Virus record (IMG/VR): IMGVR_UViG_3300040807_003058
Reading direction: 5' to 3' (one strand)
Source: an uncultured virus (IMG/VR IMGVR_UViG_3300040807_003058)
Taxonomy: Duplodnaviria; Heunggongvirae; Uroviricota; Caudoviricetes
Length of the DNA stretch: 20,000 bases
Numbering within the stretch: position 1 is the stretch's first letter; each line of letters opens with the position of its first letter. Position numbers and translations under genes: made by a program. This document shows, piece after piece, positions 1-7,497 of this stretch. The notes under the pieces are model-generated. The model saw only the letters and a list, made by a program, of their open reading frames with translations, was not told where the DNA came from and did not search any database.

Positions 1-2
1 CC

Positions 3-1475
3 CGCGTGCAGAACAGGTGCACCCACACCTCCGCCACGACCTCCGAAGAGGTGCTGACGTTCGAGACGCAGGTAGGCCTACTGCGGTCTACCGTGGTGAC
101 TGACCCAGACGGGGCGGTAGTAGGGGGAAGCTCGTCGGACGTATCCCGAGCAGTGCTGAATGTGCAGAGCGAGGGCCACGTGCACGCCGCAGCAGATTCC
201 GAGTACGGGCAATACTACCGCTGCGCATTTACCGCTGGGTACGGGGATACTCTTCTCTCCGCTCCGCTGGTGGCCATCTCCTCCGGAGGAGTGGTCTGTG
301 CTCCGGCTACGTACCCCCCAACCGCCTACAAGAACGCCGTCGACCTGGTGCCGGCGTCGATCGGCAGGCCGGCCTCGGGGGCGCCGCGGAACTCCGTGAG
401 CAGGAAGGCCGCGTTCCTGGGAGCAGGGGCCACATACTACTGTATGGCCGAGGTGGTAACGTCCTCCGACACACTAGGGGCCTGTCGTCAATTCCCTGGC
501 ACACGCCTACTGACGGCATGGGCCGGCCGAGTGGTCCGCATTGGTATCGGCACGACTGCCGACACCAATGCTAGGGTATGGGCGGCGCAGGCGGAGGTGG
601 TCGATGTAGAGGTGTTGTCTGGGGGATCCTGGGTGCCTCTTGGGGCCGCGGCCGTGAATTACGGGACCTACGGGCCTGGAGGGTGGCCGGTAGAAGCCAC
701 CGCAGGTACGAAAGCGACATACCCCGCAGCAGCCCTAAGGCTGGTTCTGTTTCCCAGCGACCACCTGGCCACTACCTGGCCAGTAGCGCCCACAAACACT
801 CTGCTGGGCCACGCCTGGTACGAAGGCGACATCTGCGTGGTACCTCCAGGCACGTACGTACACGCTCGAGGAGGGGCTATGCCTCCTGGGAGCGTAGGCG
901 GGCCCGGTAACGGTGTGTCCAACACCGGCGGGTGGGGTTTCGTCCGATCGGTGGACCTACCGCCGCAGGTAACGGCTGCCGGTAAGCGAACGCTGGCGCT
1001 GGAGTTCAGGGTGATGGCGGATGTGTCCGACGTTGTCGGCACGTACCTGCTGCTGACCACTCGGTACCACCGAATCCGCTATACCGCCGACACGGGGCAG
1101 TGGGCGCTGGACATCCGCTCCCCCGATACCTGGCAGTGGTCGCTGGACGTGGTAACGAACACGCTGCCTGTCTCTGCGGATGGTCGACACCGGATGACGA
1201 TCACTCGAGACCCCGCGGTCGGTACCCTCGGCCTGAAAATGGAGACGTTCTCCGTAGGCTGGTCTACCGATTGGGATTCTTCTGTTTCTGTGGCGTCCGT
1301 ATCGCCGCAACTGGTAGGTTGGCAGCCGAGGAACCGTCCCGTCCGTCTGGGCAACCGTCCTCGACAACTGTCCCAGTTGACCTCAGCCATTGGCAACTTC
1401 CTGGAAGACAGCAACGGCATTCGCTATGGGTCGATGCCTCTAGCGATTCTCAGCGTGGACCACAGCTACGAGTAA
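3..1475 (+). CDS. 5'-truncated or GTG-started beta-rich virion structural / adhesin-like protein (possible carbohydrate-binding or LamG-like domains)
   Basis: The frame is open from the window edge (ORF track starts at GTG 6). The protein is rich in Thr/Val/Gly/Trp with beta-strand patterns (TLALEFRV, HRIRY, WALDIR, HRMTITRD). It stops 3 nt before the next gene. Function is inferred from composition only. Confidence 0.45.
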   Translation, partial: RVQNRCTHTSATTSEEVLTFETQVGLLRSTVVTDPDGAVVGGSSSDVSRAVLNVQSEGHVHAAADSEYGQYYRCAFTAGYGDTLLSAPLVAISSGGVVCAPATYPPTAYKNAVDLVPASIGRPASGAPRNSVSRKAAFLGAGATYYCMAEVVTSSDTLGACRQFPGTRLLTAWAGRVVRIGIGTTADTNARVWAAQAEVVDVEVLSGGSWVPLGAAAVNYGTYGPGGWPVEATAGTKATYPAAALRLVLFPSDHLATTWPVAPTNTLLGHAWYEGDICVVPPGTYVHARGGAMPPGSVGGPGNGVSNTGGWGFVRSVDLPPQVTAAGKRTLALEFRVMADVSDVVGTYLLLTTRYHRIRYTADTGQWALDIRSPDTWQWSLDVVTNTLPVSADGRHRMTITRDPAVGTLGLKMETFSVGWSTDWDSSVSVASVSPQLVGWQPRNRPVRLGNRPRQLSQLTSAIGNFLEDSNGIRYGSMPLAILSVDHSYE

Positions 1476-1478
1476 GGC

Positions 1479-3692
1479 ATGGACAACCCCTTCCTGACAC
1501 GGCGTACCCGACCGAAGACTTCTGGCACCCGTGCGCACGTCGGCGAGACTGCATCGTCGTGGGCACAGCGCTGCTACGCGGAGCTGGTGCGTCAGCAGCC
1601 GTGGGTAGCCAAGTACTCAGTCAGGAAGTCGATCTACGCAGAGGACCAGTCGGCCGGCTATGCGGTGGGGTACTTCCACATCGGGCCGAAGGTCATCCCG
1701 GCGCACGTAGCGGACATCAACGACGTCAACGTCATCACCGTCCCGATCATCATCGAGGACTTCAAGGCGTACCCGTTCGACGTCTTCTACTTCAACGGGT
1801 CGTTGTTCCCTCTTCGGGAGACCCGGGCTACGTCGATCCTCGATCTACCGGACATCTTCGATCAGCCGGTTGAGCGGAACCTGTCGGAGCTTCTCCGTCG
1901 AAACTACTACAACTCCGGTCGCCGTGGCGGTTCGGAGTACGGACTGCTTCAGGGCGTGAAGTACTCCTCGGTGAAGGACTCGACGCTGCGTGTAGCGACG
2001 GACTGCATCAAGCAGGCGAACGCCGCCGTAGAGGGCCTCCGCAAGGTGTCCAACGCCGTACTGGCAGACAACGAAGAAGGTCTGCAGAGTCTGCGGGATG
2101 CCGACCCGCTGTTCGCCGCGATGCTCGAAGACCAGCTGCATGGGCTGCAGAAGAGATCGTCGGACGACGCGGAAGAGGCGGATGAGCTACAGCTCGTAGC
2201 AGAGCACCTCGAGCAGTCCGCGGCGGTGTACGCCCTAGAGTTCAGGAAGACCTCCAGCTCTTTGGATGTGCGCCCCCACTGGGCATCGTCCCCGACAGCC
2301 GGAGCACGAGAGCCAGGTGAGTGGGAGCCCACCAGCCTATGGGAAGTCCAGAAGGTAAGCCAGGTACTGGCAGATCAGGTACTGGCTGACGGTGCCGCGA
2401 TCTACGCCGTTGCTGAGGGGAGCTCGGCGTTCCCCGAGGCGGTACGTGCGCACGCAGAGCGTGATGTACACCTACAGGACCACGCTGCAGAGGCCCAGGC
2501 ACAGTCTGACGAGCTATTCCGGAAGCTGTCGATGACGGTCGAAGGGGCCTCCGTCCGTAAGGTGGAGTTCGTGAACAAGGCCGGCATCCCCGGGCTGCCA
2601 GACGACGGCAGCGCCTGGCTGATCTACAACTGCACGGGTACGAAGTCGTACGACCTCGCTGGACTCCTGCTGGAGAGTGGCGAGGCCCTGCTCCTCGGAG
2701 AGGGGTACTACCCCGGAGACCTGGCGAGGGCCATGGCGCTGGTTCCGTCAGACGAGAAGTCCGCTGCACCGAAGGTCACGTCTGCGAAGTGGGCGACGCG
2801 TGGGGGCCTTGCGCCTGCTCGAGCTGCTATGTGGGCCACCGAGGACGTTGTGCGGGTACTACCGCTCAGCGGAGACGACATCACCATCAACGGCGAGAAG
2901 GCCTACGGGGTCGGAGAGTCGTGCTACCGATGGCAGATGGCGATCCCGGCGGACATCAAGCGGGCGATGACCGACGTAGCGGACTCGGCGAACGTGTACA
3001 TCCCCCGCGATGCTGATGTCGTCGACGTATCCGCTGTAGAGGCCATCCGCATCCCGTACGAGGATGTGGGATCCGTGCAGATGTCGAAGAGCTCCTCGGC
3101 ATTGCCCGACACGCTGCGGCATGTGTCCGATCTCGGGTGGAGTGTGGCCGGCCAGCCGTGGACGGACAAGACCTCCGCCGTACTGGAGCTGGTGTATCGA
3201 GGGTCGGACGTACCATCGGCCGAGCAGCTGTGCGACGCTGCAGAGGAAGACGGCCTCGTCCGTATCCCCGGCGACGTCAGCAAGTGGTCGTCTGTGGCTG
3301 CGGCCGAGGCCGTGGCCGAGGTGATGGAGCGCTATGCCGATGTTCAGCGCGTGGCTGACGACGTCGTCAGCGGCGTAGACACTTCGAGCATGGCGGAGGC
3401 GGCGATGACGATGTACGAGAGCCTTCCGCCGTCGGCGAAGCAGTCGTCGGTGCTCCGAGAGAGCGTGAACAGCGTACTGTCGCTGGGGTTCCTCAATCGC
3501 AGGACGCTCATGAAGTTCGTGAAGCAGGTCGATAATCTGGAGGAGATGCAGTCCGCTCTGTGCGGGCTACTACTGGCCTCTCGTCTCGGCCTGAAGGAGA
3601 TCCCGCAGGAGGCGGCAGAGGCGGCCATTGACGCAATGGAGCCCATCCTGACCGGCCTCAAGAGCGTGGAGCACAGTCTCAGGGTGATGTGA
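1479..3692 (+). CDS. 737-aa hypothetical protein, probable head/virion protein carrying many K-x-S/A motifs
   Basis: Long ORF with strong GC3 codon bias and a TGATG overlap with the next gene. It has globular-looking N-terminal (GYAVG..VPIIIEDFKAYPFDVF) and helical C-terminal (VLSLGFLN..LCGLLLASRLGL) regions. By hand count, 17 of 29 Lys are in K-x-[S/A]. Confidence 0.7.
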   Translation: MDNPFLTRRTRPKTSGTRAHVGETASSWAQRCYAELVRQQPWVAKYSVRKSIYAEDQSAGYAVGYFHIGPKVIPAHVADINDVNVITVPIIIEDFKAYPFDVFYFNGSLFPLRETRATSILDLPDIFDQPVERNLSELLRRNYYNSGRRGGSEYGLLQGVKYSSVKDSTLRVATDCIKQANAAVEGLRKVSNAVLADNEEGLQSLRDADPLFAAMLEDQLHGLQKRSSDDAEEADELQLVAEHLEQSAAVYALEFRKTSSSLDVRPHWASSPTAGAREPGEWEPTSLWEVQKVSQVLADQVLADGAAIYAVAEGSSAFPEAVRAHAERDVHLQDHAAEAQAQSDELFRKLSMTVEGASVRKVEFVNKAGIPGLPDDGSAWLIYNCTGTKSYDLAGLLLESGEALLLGEGYYPGDLARAMALVPSDEKSAAPKVTSAKWATRGGLAPARAAMWATEDVVRVLPLSGDDITINGEKAYGVGESCYRWQMAIPADIKRAMTDVADSANVYIPRDADVVDVSAVEAIRIPYEDVGSVQMSKSSSALPDTLRHVSDLGWSVAGQPWTDKTSAVLELVYRGSDVPSAEQLCDAAEEDGLVRIPGDVSKWSSVAAAEAVAEVMERYADVQRVADDVVSGVDTSSMAEAAMTMYESLPPSAKQSSVLRESVNSVLSLGFLNRRTLMKFVKQVDNLEEMQSALCGLLLASRLGLKEIPQEAAEAAIDAMEPILTGLKSVEHSLRVM

Positions 3693-4813
3693 TGGCTAGC
3701 AGGGGGCAGAAGTTTCCGTTCGAGCGCTACGCTCGCTTGAGGTACTTCCACGGGCGGGGGGTAGACGACATCGTGCAGGAGGTAACCTCCGGCCTGGGGC
3801 TGTACTCCGGGCCTTTGCGCGATCTCGATGGGCACTACCGAAGTGCACTCCCTGGTACTCCGCGCAGGATTGCGCTGGTGTCGGGCGCGACGTCGAAGCC
3901 GGCGCTGAACCGGATTGACGTGCTGGTAATGGGTGACGCGGCAGCGGCCGGGATGGACGCGGCGGAGTACGTCGACCACTTCGGGCTGGGCGCATACGAC
4001 CCCAGCACGAAGTCCGGGGAGAACAAGATCAGCATGGCGGTGCTGCTCTGGCGGAACGTAGAGGCTCGCCGGCTTATCTGTGGGCTGCTGCTGACGGATG
4101 CCACGACCAAGGAGATTCGGGAGGCGGTGAAGAAGTTCCTGCCGGGTAAGACCCCGGGCTCCCTGCGTACGTCGGACATCACCGCGTTCCGGGAGCTGTT
4201 CTGGGACTTCACCGGATGGTCCCCCGGGGCGGTGCTGAACTACCTGAAGATGGTCCCCGGGGCCCTGCCGGCCACCTCCGCCCTACGACACGGGCGTGAG
4301 GGCCTGCTGTTCCGCCTTGGCCTGGCGAAGACCGGCATCGAGTCGATGGAGATGTACTCCCGCATTCGGGACATCGCGTTCCTTCAGCTGGACACGCTGC
4401 GTACGTCTCCCGAGAAGTTCTCGCCCGCTGAGTTCTCCTCCGCCTTTGCCGTATTCAAGGCGGCCGACGCCGAGGTGCGGAACCTGGCGGAGGCGCTGGA
4501 CGAGGACTTCGGGGCGGAAGTGCAGCGTATCAAGATGCAGGAGATCAAGGACTTCGAGAACCTCGACGACGTGCTGTATCAGGCACACATCCACAGTGAT
4601 CGTGGACTGGTGCAGGAAGCCGTGGCTCGGGGGATCATCACCAACGAGGAGGGAGATGATCTCCTCGTCCAGGTAGACAACGGCATGTTGCTGGAAGAAG
4701 ATGAACGCGTACGTCTGCGCATCGAAGTCTACGGCTCCGTCAGTTCAGCTGAAGAAGGCGAAGACACGCCAGACGCCACCGCACTGAACACCGAGCTACG
4801 GAAAGCACAGTAG
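3692..4813 (+). CDS. 373-aa hypothetical protein, possible terminase small subunit / DNA-binding helical protein
   Basis: The ATG overlaps the upstream TGA (TGATG). GC3-biased, helical, with an acidic C-terminus. The TerS suggestion rests only on position upstream of TerL and is weak. Confidence 0.55.
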   Translation: MASRGQKFPFERYARLRYFHGRGVDDIVQEVTSGLGLYSGPLRDLDGHYRSALPGTPRRIALVSGATSKPALNRIDVLVMGDAAAAGMDAAEYVDHFGLGAYDPSTKSGENKISMAVLLWRNVEARRLICGLLLTDATTKEIREAVKKFLPGKTPGSLRTSDITAFRELFWDFTGWSPGAVLNYLKMVPGALPATSALRHGREGLLFRLGLAKTGIESMEMYSRIRDIAFLQLDTLRTSPEKFSPAEFSSAFAVFKAADAEVRNLAEALDEDFGAEVQRIKMQEIKDFENLDDVLYQAHIHSDRGLVQEAVARGIITNEEGDDLLVQVDNGMLLEEDERVRLRIEVYGSVSSAEEGEDTPDATALNTELRKAQ

Positions 4814-4839
4814 TGCTCCCACAACACCGCGAGGACAAG

Positions 4840-5253
4840 ATGAGCATCGCAAAGGTATCACTCTCCCGTCGGGCACGACTCCTCCTCGGGGCCCTCGGGG
4901 CCGGAGGAGCCACTGCAGGTACATATGGTGCAGCACAGGCAGGGGCCCTCGGCGAAGCAGCACAAGGTGTTGCAGGCGAGGTTCCAAGGGTCCTGGCGGA
5001 CTACGCCGCCATGATGGGGATGGGCGGTGCGGTGGGCAAGGGCGGCGGAGGCCCCCTCGGGAAGGGGATCCCAGAGAGTTGGGTTCCGGACTGGGCCACT
5101 GACGTAAATGCCGCCAAGGGCTTGGCTGCCGACATCCGAGGGGCCAGGGTCGACGGCGCGTATGACCGAGGGTACAACAAGTACAAGGAGATCACAGCGC
5201 CACGTATTCCTAGCGGTATCCCGAGTGGACTTCTGCACCAGCCGGTGGGCTGA
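4840..5253 (+). CDS. 137-aa Gly/Ala-rich small protein with KVS-LSRR-hydrophobic leader
   Basis: GAGGA RBS at 4831-4835 precedes ATG 4840. N-terminus is MSIAKVSLSRRARLLLGALGAGG. TGATG overlap with the next gene. Confidence 0.7.
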   Translation: MSIAKVSLSRRARLLLGALGAGGATAGTYGAAQAGALGEAAQGVAGEVPRVLADYAAMMGMGGAVGKGGGGPLGKGIPESWVPDWATDVNAAKGLAADIRGARVDGAYDRGYNKYKEITAPRIPSGIPSGLLHQPVG

Positions 5254-5645
5254 TGCTGTACAAGGTGGCCATATCCCGCAGGGGTCGTAACGGCCTGCTG
5301 CTAGCTGGAGCCGCTGCTGCCAGCGCAGCGGCTGCTTGGCCAGCACTGCAAGGGCACCTAACTGGTCTACGGGGAGAATTACCCACTCTGGTTCCCCTGA
5401 GGTACGTGGGAGAATCCCGGTCCTCTGGGGCCAGGGATAACGCATACAACCTACGCCACTCCTTGGATGCTGACCCCAGGAGAAGAGGTCTCGGCGGCCC
5501 CGGGTACTCCACCATGGGGTGGGACGCGTGGAGGGAGGGTGTTGGCTACCTGGAAGGACGTCTAGCCCAGGCAGACATGGAAAATGTCCGCGGCGGGGCG
5601 TACCAAGACCCTCTATTCGACCTGACCCCCGGTGGCCGGAGGTGA
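5253..5645 (+). CDS. 130-aa small protein with KVA-ISRR-hydrophobic leader
   Basis: The ATG overlaps the upstream TGA. N-terminus is MLYKVAISRRGRNGLLLAGAAAASAAAAWP. Confidence 0.7.
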   Translation: MLYKVAISRRGRNGLLLAGAAAASAAAAWPALQGHLTGLRGELPTLVPLRYVGESRSSGARDNAYNLRHSLDADPRRRGLGGPGYSTMGWDAWREGVGYLEGRLAQADMENVRGGAYQDPLFDLTPGGRR

Positions 5646-5647
5646 CC

Positions 5648-6013
5648 GTGCAGCGCCTTAGTAAAGTATCCATGTCCCGGCGTCTACGCCGCATGCTGGC
5701 AGTGGGCGGCGTTGGGGGTGCGGGGGTTGCTGCGGCCTACTCCTCTGCCCTACCAGGTGGTCTACAGGAGGCGATGCACAACGCAGCGGGGTCCGCTGGG
5801 TTCGCGGTGGCGCCGCCAGGGTACACAGGTATGCGCAGCTTCGATGGGGAGAACCGTCGGGCCATAATAGAAACCGTAAACGCCAACCCAGAGAGGTGGC
5901 TGGACACCCCCGCAAAGAGACGCAGGTGGGAGCAGTCAGGTAACGCTGGACCGGTAACCGCCGCCCGCGCCCGTGCGCAGCAGCTGCAGTCCGTGCCATC
6001 CTGGTTCCTGTAG
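5648..6013 (+). CDS. 121-aa small protein with KVS-MSRR-hydrophobic leader
   Basis: GGAGG at 5638-5642 then GTG 5648 (the ORF track's 5519 start is overextended). N-terminus is MQRLSKVSMSRRLRRMLAVGGVGGAGVAAAY. Confidence 0.7.
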   Translation: MQRLSKVSMSRRLRRMLAVGGVGGAGVAAAYSSALPGGLQEAMHNAAGSAGFAVAPPGYTGMRSFDGENRRAIIETVNANPERWLDTPAKRRRWEQSGNAGPVTAARARAQQLQSVPSWFL

Positions 6014-6016
6014 CAC

Positions 6017-6044
6017 TTGCCTTCTCACAGAGCTCCGGTATCCT
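6017..6044 (+). promoter_or_regulatory. putative host sigma70-type promoter
   Basis: TTGCCT (6017-6022), a 16-nt spacer, then TATCCT (6039-6044), in the 60-bp intergenic gap upstream of the AGGAGG RBS of the 6074 gene. Confidence 0.5.
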
Positions 6045-6073
6045 GCCGACGCATCTCAGCGTAGGAGGTCAGG

Positions 6074-6658
6074 ATGCCGGAGTCTCTGTTCGTAAACACC
6101 AGCGGCAAGCAGCTGGATCAGGTCCATGCCGCAGCCACCCTGTTCGAGTCCTTCCGCAAGGACTTCGAGGATCTCGGACAGAACCACAACGGTCGGGTCA
6201 TCCAGGCGGACGACAAGGACCTGTACGTCATCGACCTGCCGAACTGCACGGCATCCGTCTGGATGGAGCAGAACAAGGACATCATGGTCCACATCTGCCC
6301 GCCGGGGATTCGGGCTGCCTTCGCCCCCATGAGCGAACGAGGTCCCCAGGAGTTCCATGAGGAGCTCCGCCGCATCGGCAACCAGCTCGGCCTGCTGGTG
6401 GGACGGGTGACGCAGGAGCAGAAGGTCTGCAAGGCCTTGCTGGAGTTCTACAGCCACTACCAGCAGGATGCTCTGCTGGCCGCCAATCCCCGGTACAAGA
6501 TGCGGGCGATTGCCCACGACTACGACCGTAAGGGCATGGATCTCTTCCAGATCCGCCTCGTCAGGCTGTACAGTCGCGGGGGGTGGGATGACCGAGTGAA
6601 GGACCTCGTCATCACCTTCGACCGGCTCATCGGAAAGCAGATACCGGACCTGGAATGA
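6074..6658 (+). CDS. 194-aa hypothetical protein
   Basis: Strong AGGAGGT RBS, GC3-biased codons and normal globular composition. No motif recognised. Confidence 0.8.
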   Translation: MPESLFVNTSGKQLDQVHAAATLFESFRKDFEDLGQNHNGRVIQADDKDLYVIDLPNCTASVWMEQNKDIMVHICPPGIRAAFAPMSERGPQEFHEELRRIGNQLGLLVGRVTQEQKVCKALLEFYSHYQQDALLAANPRYKMRAIAHDYDRKGMDLFQIRLVRLYSRGGWDDRVKDLVITFDRLIGKQIPDLE

Positions 6659-6825
6659 GCTCGACATCCATGAAGAAGGTTCCTGCGGGAGCTGCCCTTG
6701 AGCAGCACCTGAATAAGCGCCGAACGGTCGAGAAGCGTCTATGGCGCCCGCACGACATCGCCGCTCGCCGTAGGGCCCGGAAGCTAAAAGAAGCCGCCGT
6801 GGTGGCGGCCTCAAGCTCGAGCTAG
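6655..6825 (+). CDS. 56-aa basic hypothetical protein (not in ORF track)
   Basis: ATGA overlap with the upstream stop. Sequence MSSTSMKKVPAGAALEQHLNKRRTVEKRLWRPHDIAARRRARKLKEAAVVAASSSS. Its TAG shares CTAG (6822-6825) with the convergent gene's stop. Confidence 0.5.
   Translation: MSSTSMKKVPAGAALEQHLNKRRTVEKRLWRPHDIAARRRARKLKEAAVVAASSSS
6786..6811 (-). terminator. putative intrinsic terminator for the 6822-7427 gene
   Basis: The minus strand reads GCCGCC-ACCAC-GGCGGC followed by TTCTTTT, just downstream of the minus-strand stop at 6822. Confidence 0.55.
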
Positions 6826-7427
6826 ACGAACACGGAGTTGTCCCGGAGAAAAGCTCCGTGCTCTCCGCGATCTCCGTTCTCGACGATATCGATGATCACG
6901 TCGTACATCGTTTTCTGGCCCAAGGGGCAGGCCGCACAGGACGACAGCCCAACGCAGCCGTACGCGGCGTTGAGCTCGGACGTCAGTGCCGGCAGGGTGT
7001 CCGACTCCTCGAACGTGCGGATGGCGGTGATGAGCTGCTGCCCCTTACTGCATGGCGTAGCGAGTGGGCGCGTAGGGCCCTCCTTGGAGAAGGTCTCCAC
7101 CACCGTCCGTAGGTGCGTGTCCAACGCATCTACAGGGATGAGCTGCCGGAAGGACTCCATGAACAGCTCCTGCCCTACGTTGCAGGACAGGCAGGTGCCA
7201 CGTGCCACGCAGTCGTTACCTCGCTGGATTCGGGCGAGCTCCGCCCAGTCCTCGTCGGGCAGGTCAGACAGTAGCTGTAGTATCTCCTCTCGAGAGGAAC
7301 AGTTCTCGATGCCGATGACTCCCTCCAGGAACGAAGTGACGGACTTACCGACGCCGCAGCCCGGAATGAACCTCCGGACGGGCCCATCGTCTGCTGCGAG
7401 TTCGATTAGCTGCTTGATCTCCCACAT
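6822..7427 (-). CDS. 201-aa protein with duplicated Cys cluster (C...CVx4Cx2Cx2GQ), putative Fe-S or Zn binding
   Basis: GAGGAGG RBS upstream of the ATG at 7427 (MWEIKQ...). Two repeats: GPVRRFIPGC..CVARGTCLSCNVGQ and GPTRPLATPC..CVGLSSCAACPLGQ. Confidence 0.75.
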   Translation of the reverse strand: MWEIKQLIELAADDGPVRRFIPGCGVGKSVTSFLEGVIGIENCSSREEILQLLSDLPDEDWAELARIQRGNDCVARGTCLSCNVGQELFMESFRQLIPVDALDTHLRTVVETFSKEGPTRPLATPCSKGQQLITAIRTFEESDTLPALTSELNAAYGCVGLSSCAACPLGQKTMYDVIIDIVENGDRGEHGAFLRDNSVFV

Positions 7428-7461
7428 TGCGTATTCCCTCCTCTGGTCGTATGCTGGGCGG

Positions 7462-7483
7462 GTGCTCCGTAGCCTTATGTACC
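7462..7483 (-). promoter_or_regulatory. 22-bp motif copy 1 (minus strand GGTACATAAGGCTACGGAGCAC), putative phage promoter/operator
   Basis: 17/22 identical to 11143-11164. Both copies lie 34 nt upstream of the ATG of a minus-strand gene. Confidence 0.6.
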
Positions 7484-7497
7484 GGTAAATACAGAAA

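Noticed and set aside
4858..5694. 278-aa minus-strand ORF over the small-protein cassette
   Set aside because: Arg/Pro-rich shadow. The + strand genes have RBSs, coupled starts and a shared leader.
6838..7488. 216-aa plus-strand ORF
   Set aside because: Ser-rich antisense of the Cys-repeat gene, which has an RBS, upstream motif and terminator.
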